A stretch of DNA of 64,000 nt from Longimicrobiales bacterium (GTDB lineage: Bacteria; Gemmatimonadota; Gemmatimonadetes; Longimicrobiales; Gaopeijiaceae), in NCBI GenBank assembly GCA_965249725.1, contig OZ252251.1, forward strand, positions 640,001-704,000, in the 5' to 3' direction. The notes below the pieces were generated by a model that did no database searches, had not been told where the DNA came from, and was given only the letters and a program-made list of their open reading frames with translations. Positions 39,476-48,616 of the stretch are shown one piece after another. How positions within the stretch are numbered: position 1 is the first letter of the stretch; each line of letters begins with the position of its first letter. A program made the position numbers and the translations under genes.

Positions 39476-40096
39476 GTGAACTACGGAAGAACGACTCTCC
39501 AGACTTGTATCGCCCTTGGCCTGATCGCCCTTTCGGGGTGTGCGAGCGTCCCAAAGGAAACGGTTGCGCTCTCCGTGGCCGTCGGGGAGGACATCCAGCA
39601 GCTCTACTCGGGCTACAAGAGCATGGTCAGGCTCTCTTTCGAGCAGATGCGGGACAACGGAATGTTGGTGATCGACGAGGTCTGGACGCCCGTGTATCTC
39701 GCGACCTTCGTCCGCGAAGGGGAACTCCTGGAGATTGCGAGGGAGGAGAATTGGGACGATCTGCAGGGGTGGGCGAGTGCCGCCATCGAAGACATCGAGG
39801 CGAAACGAAGGGAGTTTCTCGATGAGGTGGACGCGAGAGAGACGGCGCTCCTCGAGAAGATCGACGAGGCGTTCGGGCGTACCCTCAGCGCCAACGCCGC
39901 CGTGACCGCCCACCTCAACAGCGTCCTCGAGGTGGAGGGTCTGCAGGATCAGATGATCGAAACGGCCGGGCTGAAGGATCTCAGGGACCAGATCACGTCG
40001 GATATTGCCGCCGCCTCCAACTTTGCGCGCAATGCCACCGAGGAAATCAGGGAGGCCTCATCGGTGCTGAATGCGGCGAATGACAACCGCCAGTAG
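39476..40096 (+). CDS. Hypothetical helical lipoprotein
   Basis: Lipobox LSGC after GTG start, GAGG RBS. Confidence 0.7.
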   Translation: MNYGRTTLQTCIALGLIALSGCASVPKETVALSVAVGEDIQQLYSGYKSMVRLSFEQMRDNGMLVIDEVWTPVYLATFVREGELLEIAREENWDDLQGWASAAIEDIEAKRREFLDEVDARETALLEKIDEAFGRTLSANAAVTAHLNSVLEVEGLQDQMIETAGLKDLRDQITSDIAAASNFARNATEEIREASSVLNAANDNRQ

Positions 40097-40143
40097 TGAT
40101 ACTCCGTCGCGGGCACGCTGACCAAAGAGAGAGAGGATCGATC

Positions 40144-40461
40144 GTGGGAAGAGACTTCAGGGAAGCTCGGAGAAAGGCCAAAGAGGCGGCGGACGAAGCC
40201 GTCGGTGACAAGCTCGATGCGATCCTGCAGGTCGCCGCCCACCTAGAGGAGATCTTCGACGAGTTGGAGTTGAGCGATCAGGAGGTGTACGATGGCCTGA
40301 CCGAGATTGTGCGGGACGCCACCGAGAAGAACGAGTCGCTCGCGACCGTGATCGATCGGGTGAGAACGCTCGGGGAGGTCGGTCAGGAACTCGCTACGAG
40401 AATTGCGGATGTGACCAGCGCCGGTGCCCTCGCGGCCGTGCGTGGCGCTCTGAACGTCTAG
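40144..40461 (+). CDS. Hypothetical acidic helical protein
   Basis: GAGGA RBS, GTG start, co-oriented with the lipoprotein gene. Confidence 0.6.
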   Translation: MGRDFREARRKAKEAADEAVGDKLDAILQVAAHLEEIFDELELSDQEVYDGLTEIVRDATEKNESLATVIDRVRTLGEVGQELATRIADVTSAGALAAVRGALNV

Positions 40462-40586
40462 CCTGCAACCCAGCGTTTCCACTCCTCGGCGTCGTACCCC
40501 ACCGTCACGTCCTCTAGCCGATCACGTCCCGATACCGCGGCAATGGCGGAGGCGGCTGCGGTCTTGAGAAAGGCTCTTCGGTGCAT
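40458..40586 (-). pseudogene. 42-aa Tat-signal micro-ORF, probable gene remnant
   Basis: Hand translation MHRRAFLKTAAASAIAAVSGRDRLEDVTVGYDAEEWKRWVAG*; GGAGA RBS. Confidence 0.5.
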
Positions 40587-40668
40587 AGTGATCTCCAGAT
40601 CCGTCGACAACGACTCAGCGGTTCGGCAGCAAGATAGATCGAGGGGGGCGGCTAGGCCCTCCGAGTCT

Positions 40669-41418
40669 TCAAGGCTTCCCCGTCAGGAATCGGCCCTCAC
40701 GGATGAAGTAGATGCACTGATCCGCCACGCCCCGGTGGTTCATGATGAACGTATGCGTGGCCTCGACGACGAGAAACGCGTCGGCACCCTCGAGTCGCGC
40801 CCGATCGACGGCCACCTTGCCATCGTCCGGTCCGGGGATGAGCCAAGAGTTGATCAGGTTCATGCTGCGGTTCCCTGTGATGATCCCGACCTCGAAGTCG
40901 GCAGGGCCGAGCTGGTGGGCGATGCCCATGCTATCGGTTCCGAGCCGCGATCCGCTCGGACCCAGGATGCCGCTCAAGACGGGTGACTCGGCGATCAGGT
41001 CGGAGACGAAGTCCGCGACCTCACTCCCCTGATTGGGGGGCGCGAGCATCACGACCCGTCCCTGGTGATTCGGCGAGTGTGCCCCCAGGTAGAACCGAAC
41101 TAGAAGGCCTCCCATGGAGTGTGTGACGAAGTGGACTCGCGTGATGTCCTGGGCACAGCACGCTTCCAGCCGGGCTCGCAGGCGGGCCACCAGACTCTCG
41201 ATGGGTTCGTCGGTCGAAGGGTAGCCGAAGTTGAAGACACGGAATCCGGCGGCCTCGAGTCGCTCCACCAGAATCGCCATCGACGTGGGCGTGCGGCCGA
41301 GCCCGTGGACGACGATGACGGTCTCGGCGTCGTCGTCGACCGGTGGGGACAGGCACCCCGAAACGAGCAGGGCCACCAACGTGGATACGAGTAGGAATGG
41401 GCGCGTCGTGATGGGCAC
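40669..41418 (-). CDS. Alpha/beta hydrolase (lipase/esterase-like) lipoprotein
   Basis: VHGLGR, THSMGG, PNQGS, DDGKV, ATHTF; lipobox VSGC. Confidence 0.87.
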   Translation of the reverse strand: MPITTRPFLLVSTLVALLVSGCLSPPVDDDAETVIVVHGLGRTPTSMAILVERLEAAGFRVFNFGYPSTDEPIESLVARLRARLEACCAQDITRVHFVTHSMGGLLVRFYLGAHSPNHQGRVVMLAPPNQGSEVADFVSDLIAESPVLSGILGPSGSRLGTDSMGIAHQLGPADFEVGIITGNRSMNLINSWLIPGPDDGKVAVDRARLEGADAFLVVEATHTFIMNHRGVADQCIYFIREGRFLTGKP

Positions 41419-41621
41419 GGCTCCTTCACCTCTCCGGTACTTCGGGTCACTAACGGTACGGGCATCTGTACCTGTGGCACAGAGGTATCCCGGAGCCGTG
41501 GGTGAGAACCGGGACCCAGGGCATTGCAGGATCATTCGTCCCCGTAGTATGTCCCATGGGTCGGACGCTCGCCCGCCCCGGGCCTGAGACCGTTGGATTC
41601 CAAGTCGGCAAAGGAACGACC

Positions 41622-42836
41622 ATGACCACGCGCAGATCCTTTCTCCATGGTGCCGCGGTACTCCCGTTGGGCACGTTACTTCCCGGTGTCGAAGACTCCG
41701 CTCTTGGACACGCTTCCGGACAGGCCCCGCGAGACTACTTCGCCGAACTCGAGCTCGGCTCGTTCATCAACGCGGCGGCTCCTTACTCGTCCCTCTCCGG
41801 CTCACCGATGTGGCCCGAGGTCATCGAGGCGATGGAGTATGCCATGACCCGCCCGGCCCGAATGAGTGAACTGCACGATGCCGTCGGCAAACGGATCGCG
41901 GAAATGGCGAGGAGTGAGGCGGCGATGGTGACGGCGGGCGCGACCTCGGCGATCACTCTCGGGACCGCCGCCTGCCTAACGGGCACCGATCCGGACCTCA
42001 TCCATCGGCTCCCCGACACGACCGGCATGAAGGACGAAGTGATCATCCAGAAAGGCCATCGCTACAGCTACGAGCACGCGGTCCGCAACTGCGGCGTCCG
42101 CCTCGTCGAGGTGGAGACGATGGCCGACGTGGACAGAACGATCAGCGAGAGCACGGCGATGCTCATGTTCAACTACAGCCAGTTGGATCGTGGAGGAATC
42201 GGTGCCGCAGAGTGGGTGGAGGTCGGCCGGAAGAGCGGGATTCCGACGTTCTGTGACGGGGCCACGATGCTGCCCCCCATCGAGAACATGTACATGCTCG
42301 TGAGCTACGGATTCGATCTGCTGTGCTTCTCCGGCGGGAAGGGGCTGCGCGGTCCATATAGCGCCGGACTCCTGATGGGCCGGCCCGATCTAGTGGCAGC
42401 GGCACGCCTCAACTCGGCCCCAAATGACGATGCCATCGGGAGGGGCATGAAGGTGGCCAAGGAGGAGCTCCTGGGGACCATGGTGGCCGTGGAGACCACC
42501 GCCGCCTTCGACTACGAGACCAACATCAAGATGAAGAGGGAGTGGGTCGACGCCATCGCCGCCGAGATCGACAAGGTCCCGGGAGTTGAGACCCTGGTCT
42601 ATTACCCCAAGGGGGACAACCATCAGCCACAACTCCGGATCACCTGGGATGAATCGAGAATCCGACTCACTCCGGCCGAGGCGAAGCAGAGGCTCCGGGA
42701 TGGCAACCCGGTGGTAGAGGTGCACTATCTGGGCCTGACGGACGGTAACCTGGAGCTCACGGCCTGGGTGCTCGAGGCCGACCAGGTCGCGGTCGTGGGT
42801 CGGCGGGTCCGCGAGGTGCTCGAGGCGGCGTCGTGA
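41622..42836 (+). CDS. SelA-like/DgaE-family PLP-dependent enzyme with Tat signal
   Basis: TRRSFL, FINAA, FSGGKGLRGP (PLP Lys), IGRGMKVAKEE. Confidence 0.8.
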   Translation: MTTRRSFLHGAAVLPLGTLLPGVEDSALGHASGQAPRDYFAELELGSFINAAAPYSSLSGSPMWPEVIEAMEYAMTRPARMSELHDAVGKRIAEMARSEAAMVTAGATSAITLGTAACLTGTDPDLIHRLPDTTGMKDEVIIQKGHRYSYEHAVRNCGVRLVEVETMADVDRTISESTAMLMFNYSQLDRGGIGAAEWVEVGRKSGIPTFCDGATMLPPIENMYMLVSYGFDLLCFSGGKGLRGPYSAGLLMGRPDLVAAARLNSAPNDDAIGRGMKVAKEELLGTMVAVETTAAFDYETNIKMKREWVDAIAAEIDKVPGVETLVYYPKGDNHQPQLRITWDESRIRLTPAEAKQRLRDGNPVVEVHYLGLTDGNLELTAWVLEADQVAVVGRRVREVLEAAS

Positions 42837-42959
42837 CTCGTCCCCACGAAGGCCTTTCCTATAGCGGGGCCAGGACCCGCTTACTACGTTGCTCGTCCGC
42901 CTCAATCGCTCGTATCAGTCGACACCGTACGATTGCCACACATGCGGGAGGAACCGCTC

Positions 42960-44306
42960 ATGTCGTACCCCCGAACCACCATCCTGGGCGCCGTTGCGGC
43001 CTTGGTTGCCTTCGCCGTCTTCGCCCCTACGCCCTCTGAGGCGCAGTGGAATGCGCTGGAGCGCGGAAGCGACAACATCGAAGTCCTCGGACATCTGCCC
43101 CTCGGCCCCGCGCTCAACGTCGCCGATATGGACGTCGAGCAGGAGCTGTCCCGTCCCTACGCCTACGTGGCTCGCATGGTCTACGCAGGCCAGGGGGTCA
43201 TGGGCATGGACGTCATCAGCATTGAAGATCCGTCGCAACCCGAGCTGCTCTACGAGTGGCGCATCGAGGAGCAGGACCTGCACCTCGGTCGAGGCGGCAT
43301 GGACGTCAAGCACTTCAAGTGGAATGATCGCTACTACGTGATCCAGTCCACCCAATTCGGGCAGGGTGGCCCGGATTCGGACATGGGCGGCGTCGTTCTC
43401 GACGTGACCGGTCTACCCGATGCATCGACGGTTCGTGAGGTCGCGCGAATCAGAGAGCCTCTCATGCCGGGTGGCTTCCACAACATCTTCGTCTACAAGC
43501 ACTCCGACGGGCGGGTGTTGTTGTTCGCAACAGTTTCAGGCGCCTTCGCGCAGGTTTACGACCTGGGCAAGCTGGTTGAAGGCGCCTCGTCCGAAGAGGC
43601 ACGCGCCGGCCGGGTCCCCAACCCCAGCTCGGACGAAGGAGGTGGACGGGGATATCACGACTTCTACGTCGGCTACCATCCAGACACCGATCAGGATCGG
43701 TTCTACGGCGGTGGCGGTGGTGGGTACTACATCTACAACGTCAGCGACCTTGAGGAGCCCGAGCTGGTGGTCACGCTCACGGGCGTCAGCGGTGTCGGTG
43801 GCGGCCACACGTTCACGCCTGGCCCGAACGGTCGCTACGTGGTGGCGGAGACGGAGTACGAGTTCGCACCGCTCAGAATCTTCGACCTGGAGCCTGCCCT
43901 GGAAGGGGAGGCCACGAACATCCGCCGACCCATCTCGGGTTGGACGGCCGACTACAAAAACTTGACCCACAATCACGAGATCCGGTGGCCGTTGGTCTTC
44001 GTGTCCGGCTATCTGGATGGTCTCCAGGTGTTCAGCCTCCAGGATCCGTACAATCCGGTCACGGTGGGCTACTACGACACCTACATCGGTCCGCGGTCCA
44101 CCGAGACCACCCCCGTATTCAACGGCGCATTCGGAATCGACGTCCGGAATGCGGACGGGCTGATCACGATCAGCGACATGAGCACCGGATTCTGGACGTT
44201 CCGCATGGATGGCTTCCAGGGCTGGAACGGAGCGCAGTGGGGCGTGCCGGACATCTCCAGCGCTCAGAAGTGGGATGAGCCCCTGAGGCGTCCCATCAGC
44301 CAGTAG
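42960..44306 (+). CDS. Secreted LVIVD-like His beta-propeller, array copy 1
   Basis: Signal peptide; GFHN, YHD, GHT, HNHE motifs; paralogous to nine neighbours. Confidence 0.85.
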   Translation: MSYPRTTILGAVAALVAFAVFAPTPSEAQWNALERGSDNIEVLGHLPLGPALNVADMDVEQELSRPYAYVARMVYAGQGVMGMDVISIEDPSQPELLYEWRIEEQDLHLGRGGMDVKHFKWNDRYYVIQSTQFGQGGPDSDMGGVVLDVTGLPDASTVREVARIREPLMPGGFHNIFVYKHSDGRVLLFATVSGAFAQVYDLGKLVEGASSEEARAGRVPNPSSDEGGGRGYHDFYVGYHPDTDQDRFYGGGGGGYYIYNVSDLEEPELVVTLTGVSGVGGGHTFTPGPNGRYVVAETEYEFAPLRIFDLEPALEGEATNIRRPISGWTADYKNLTHNHEIRWPLVFVSGYLDGLQVFSLQDPYNPVTVGYYDTYIGPRSTETTPVFNGAFGIDVRNADGLITISDMSTGFWTFRMDGFQGWNGAQWGVPDISSAQKWDEPLRRPISQ

Positions 44307-44357
44307 CGATAGCTGCAGGCCGCGTAACACCGCCGACCCTCTCCACGGAGTTGATGC

Positions 44358-45791
44358 ATGTCTGTTTCAGGTGGCCTCTCAGGTGTTCGCGTAGTCGGAC
44401 GCGGCCTTCGCCTTGCCGTTCACCTTGCGTGTACGCTGGCATGTACGCTGGCATGTGTGATGACAGTGCTCGGGACGCCCCGTGCCTCCGCGCAGGAGTG
44501 GACCGCCCTCGATCGGGGCAGTGAAAACATCGACGTGCTGGGCCACCTGCCGTTGGGCGGCCCGCTCAACGTGGGCGACATGGACGTGGAGCCGGAGGTT
44601 TCCCGCCCCTTCGCGTACGTCGGCCGCATGCGCTACGGCACGCCGGGACCCACGGGCATGGACATCATCAGCATCGAGGACCCGGACCGGCCCACGCTCC
44701 TCTACGAGTGGCGCATCGAGGATCAGGAGCTGCACACGGGACTCGGAGGCATGGACGTGAAGACGTTCAAGCTCGACGGGCGCTACTACGTGGTGCAGTC
44801 CCTTCAGTACGGCCAGGGCGGACCGGACTTCGACCTCGGTGCCGTGGTCTTCGACGTCACGGGTCTCCCCGACGCGTCGACCGTTCGTGAGGTGGCGCGG
44901 ATCCGTGAGCCGCTCCTACCTGGGGGCTTCCACAACATCTTCATCTACAAGCACTCCGACGGTCGGGCGCTCCTGTTCACGACGGTGAACGGCCCATCGG
45001 CGCACATCTACGACCTTGCGCGTGTCGTCGCGGGCGCCAGCGCGGAGGATGCACTAGTGGGTCGTGTGCCGATCCCGGATGCCGGCGGCGAGACCAGTCC
45101 CATCGGCGGCTATCACGACTTTTACGTCGGGTATCATCCCGATACGGACGAGGATCGCTTCTACGGTGGAGGTGCAGGCGGATACTTCATCTACGACGTG
45201 ACTGATCCGGCAGAGCCGGAGCTTCGGATCACGCTTACCGGCATTCGGGGCGTGCCGTTTGGGCACACCTTCACGCCCAGCCCGGACGGTCGCTACGTGA
45301 TCGCCGAGACAGAGTACGAGTTCGCTCCGCTGCGCATCTTCGATCTGCAGCCCGCCCTCGATGGCCAGACGACCAACATCAACCGCCCGATCGCAGGGTG
45401 GACGTCGGATTACCGGTATGTGGCCCACAACCACGAGGTTCGGTGGCCGTTGGTTTTTGTGTCCGGATACCTGGACGGCCTGCAGGTCTTCAACCTGCAG
45501 GACCCGACCGACCCGGTGACGGTGGGCTACTACGACACGTATATCGGGCCGCGAGCCACACTGAATCCAGACGGGGTCATGGGCGACTATGCCACCAGCC
45601 TTTTCAATGGGGCCTTCGGAGTGGATGTGCGGAACGAAGACGGCCTGATCCTGATCAGCGACTTCTCGACCGGCTTCTGGACGCTCCGCATGGACGGCTT
45701 CCAGGGCTGGAACGGAGAGCAGTGGGGCGTGCCGGATATCTCGAGCGAACAGAAATGGGACGAGCCGGTACGGCGGCCCATAAGCGAATAG
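44358..45791 (+). CDS. Secreted LVIVD-like His beta-propeller, array copy 2
   Basis: Same scaffold; extended loop PRATLNPDGVMGDYATSLF; start uncertain. Confidence 0.85.
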   Translation: MSVSGGLSGVRVVGRGLRLAVHLACTLACTLACVMTVLGTPRASAQEWTALDRGSENIDVLGHLPLGGPLNVGDMDVEPEVSRPFAYVGRMRYGTPGPTGMDIISIEDPDRPTLLYEWRIEDQELHTGLGGMDVKTFKLDGRYYVVQSLQYGQGGPDFDLGAVVFDVTGLPDASTVREVARIREPLLPGGFHNIFIYKHSDGRALLFTTVNGPSAHIYDLARVVAGASAEDALVGRVPIPDAGGETSPIGGYHDFYVGYHPDTDEDRFYGGGAGGYFIYDVTDPAEPELRITLTGIRGVPFGHTFTPSPDGRYVIAETEYEFAPLRIFDLQPALDGQTTNINRPIAGWTSDYRYVAHNHEVRWPLVFVSGYLDGLQVFNLQDPTDPVTVGYYDTYIGPRATLNPDGVMGDYATSLFNGAFGVDVRNEDGLILISDFSTGFWTLRMDGFQGWNGEQWGVPDISSEQKWDEPVRRPISE

Positions 45792-45819
45792 AATCTCAAC
45801 CCTAGCGGGAGCAGTAGAT

Positions 45820-47163
45820 ATGTCATCGTTCCGGTCCTGTGTAGTCGGCCTGGCCACGCTCGCCCTGATGGCGATCGTCGTGCCGGGGGCTTCGGCCCAG
45901 TGGACGGCCCTCAAGCGTGGTAGCGACAACATCGAGGTCGTCGCGCACCTCCCCCTCGGAGGTCGCGTCAGCGCAGCGGACACGGACATCGAGCAGGAGC
46001 TTGACAGGCCCTACGCCTACGTGGGGCGGATCTCTAACGGCGGCGGCGGCAAGGGCGTTGACGTCATTGATCTGTCAGACCCAGCGCACCCGGAGGTTCT
46101 CTACGAGTGGCGGATCGAAGATCCGGAGCTGCACCTCGGGTTGGGTGGCATGGACGTGAAGTACTTCAAGGTGGACGGCCGCTACTACGTGGTGCAGTCA
46201 CTCCAGTTCGGCCAGGGTGGTCCCGACTCCGACCTGGCTGCGGTGGTACTCGACGTGACTGATCTGCCCGATCCGTCCACGGTGCGTGAGGTGGCACGGA
46301 TGAGGGAGCCGCTTCTGCCGGGCGGCTTCCACAACATCTTCGTCTACAAGCACTCCGACGGGCGGGTGTTGTTGTTCTCCACGGTCAGCGGGCCCTTCGC
46401 CAACGTGTACGACCTGGGCATGATCGTGCAGGGCGCGGACATGGAGAGCGCGCTGGCGGGCCGGGTGCCCGTGCCGCAGGCCGCCCAAGGTGGCCAAGCG
46501 GGTGGGGGTTACCACGACTTCTACGTGGGCTATCACCCCGACACGGACGAGGATCGCTTCTACGGGGGCGGCACCGGAGGGTATTACGTCTACGACGTCA
46601 CCGACACGGAGGACCCCCAGCTCCGGATCAGCCTCACCGGTGCCCGAGGTGTAGCGCGGGGACACACCTTCACGCCCAGCCCTGACGGGCGATATGTGGT
46701 AGCCGAGACGGAGTATCAGTTCGCGCCGCTCCGTATCTTCGATCTGAAGCCCGCGCTCGACGGTGAGGTGACCAATATCAACCGGCCCATTGCGGGGTGG
46801 ACGGCCGACTTCAACAACCTCTCCCACAATCACGAAGTTCGCTGGCCGTTCGTGATCGTGTCGAGCTACCTGGACGGGATCCAGATCTTCAACCTGCAGG
46901 ACCCCACCAATCCGGTCACGGTGGGCTACTACGACACCTACATCGGGCCGCGCTTCACGGAGGATCTCAACCCGATCCTCAATGGCACGTTCGGCGTGGG
47001 CGTGCGCAACGCGGACGGGCTCATCATCGGGAGCGACTCCAGCACCGGATTCTGGGTCCTACGCATGGACGGCTTCCAGGGGTGGAACGGCGAGCAGTGG
47101 GGCATGCCGGACATCTCGAGCGCGCAGAAATGGGATGAGCCGGTCCGGAGGCCGATCAGCTGA
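45820..47163 (+). CDS. Secreted LVIVD-like His beta-propeller, array copy 3
   Basis: Same scaffold and His motifs. Confidence 0.85.
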   Translation: MSSFRSCVVGLATLALMAIVVPGASAQWTALKRGSDNIEVVAHLPLGGRVSAADTDIEQELDRPYAYVGRISNGGGGKGVDVIDLSDPAHPEVLYEWRIEDPELHLGLGGMDVKYFKVDGRYYVVQSLQFGQGGPDSDLAAVVLDVTDLPDPSTVREVARMREPLLPGGFHNIFVYKHSDGRVLLFSTVSGPFANVYDLGMIVQGADMESALAGRVPVPQAAQGGQAGGGYHDFYVGYHPDTDEDRFYGGGTGGYYVYDVTDTEDPQLRISLTGARGVARGHTFTPSPDGRYVVAETEYQFAPLRIFDLKPALDGEVTNINRPIAGWTADFNNLSHNHEVRWPFVIVSSYLDGIQIFNLQDPTNPVTVGYYDTYIGPRFTEDLNPILNGTFGVGVRNADGLIIGSDSSTGFWVLRMDGFQGWNGEQWGMPDISSAQKWDEPVRRPIS

Positions 47164-47180
47164 CTAACGGAGGATTACCG

Positions 47181-48518
47181 ATGTTGTTCAGAACACGCGC
47201 AGTCGCCGTATTCGCGGCGGCCGCCGCTGTCCTCATGGTCGCGGTCGGGTCCGCGTCGGCTCAGTGGACGCCACTGAAGCGAGGAAGCGACAACATCGAC
47301 GTGCTGGGGCATCTGCCGCTCGGAGGGCTGCACAGCGCCACCGACACCGACATTGAGCAGGAGCTCTCGAGACCCTACGCGTATGTCGGACGGAGCGTCA
47401 TCGGGCGGGGCGAGGGCCGGGGTGTCGATATCATCGACCTCTCCGACCCGGAGCGGCCGGGGCTGCTCTACTCGTGGCGGATAGAGGACGACGACGTCCA
47501 CATCGGGAGCGGCGGCATGGACGTGAAGCACTTCAAGGTCGATGGCCGCTACTACGTGGTGCAGTCACTCCAGTTCAGTCAGGGCGGGCCCGACGCGGAT
47601 ATGGGCGCGGTGGTGCTCGACGTGACAGGGCTGCCGGATCCATCGACCGTTCGCGAGGTAGCCCGGATCCGTGAACCCCTCCTGCCGGGCGGGTTCCACA
47701 ACATCTTCGTCTACCAGCACTCGGATGGGAGAGTGCTCCTTTTCACCACGGTGCGCGGGCCCAGCGCACACGTGTACGACCTTCGGAAGGTGGTGAACGG
47801 AGCCAGCGCGGAAGAGGCCCTTGCCGGGCGCGTGCCGGTTCCCGTGACCGGAGACACGCCGGGTAGTTATCACGACTTCTACGTGGGCTACCATCCCGAC
47901 ACGGATCAGGATCGCTTCTACGGCGGGGGCACGGGCGGCTACTACGTCTATAACGTCACCGACCCCGCTGACCCCGAGCTCGTCATAACGCTCACGGGGG
48001 TCCGAGGCGTTTCGTACGGGCACACGTTCACTCCCAGCCCTGACGGCCGCTACGCGGTGGCCGAGACGGAGTACCAGTTCGCCCCCCTCCGAATCTTCGA
48101 CCTGCAGCCGGCCCTGGACGGAGAGGCCGCCAATATCAACCGCCCGATCGCGGGCTGGACGGCCGACTACCGGAACCTGGTGCACAACCACGAGGTGCGC
48201 TGGCCGCTGGTGTTCGTATCCGGATACTTGGATGGCCTTCAGATCTTCAATCTGCAGGACCCCACGAATCCGGTGACCGTGGGCTACTACGACACCTATA
48301 TCGGGCCGCCGAGCCCGGTGCTGAACCCCGTATTCGGTGGGACCTTCGGCGTGGACGTGAGGAACGCGGACGGGCTCATCATCGTCAACGACTCGGGCAC
48401 GGGCTTCTGGACCTTCCGGATGGAAGGCTTCCAGGGATGGAACGGCGAGCAGTGGGGCATGCCGGACATCTCCAGTGCGCAGAAGTGGGACGAGCCGGTG
48501 CGGAGGCCCATAAGCTAA
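47181..48518 (+). CDS. Secreted LVIVD-like His beta-propeller, array copy 4
   Basis: Same scaffold and His motifs; GGAGG RBS. Confidence 0.85.
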   Translation: MLFRTRAVAVFAAAAAVLMVAVGSASAQWTPLKRGSDNIDVLGHLPLGGLHSATDTDIEQELSRPYAYVGRSVIGRGEGRGVDIIDLSDPERPGLLYSWRIEDDDVHIGSGGMDVKHFKVDGRYYVVQSLQFSQGGPDADMGAVVLDVTGLPDPSTVREVARIREPLLPGGFHNIFVYQHSDGRVLLFTTVRGPSAHVYDLRKVVNGASAEEALAGRVPVPVTGDTPGSYHDFYVGYHPDTDQDRFYGGGTGGYYVYNVTDPADPELVITLTGVRGVSYGHTFTPSPDGRYAVAETEYQFAPLRIFDLQPALDGEAANINRPIAGWTADYRNLVHNHEVRWPLVFVSGYLDGLQIFNLQDPTNPVTVGYYDTYIGPPSPVLNPVFGGTFGVDVRNADGLIIVNDSGTGFWTFRMEGFQGWNGEQWGMPDISSAQKWDEPVRRPIS

Positions 48519-48616
48519 CGTGGCGCGGTTTTTTTTCGTCCCCTAGCTTGTCGAGCACGCAGAATCGATCCGTGCCGGACCGCACGGCGCTCAATCCATA
48601 GCAGGAGCACTCTCCA

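Noticed and set aside
41622..42836. Selenocysteine synthase and Sec machinery
   Set aside because: Tat signal present, no selB/selC/selD nearby, and no in-frame UGA selenoprotein seen.
48519..48540. Intrinsic terminator after array copy 4
   Set aside because: A T8 run is present but no convincing GC stem precedes it.
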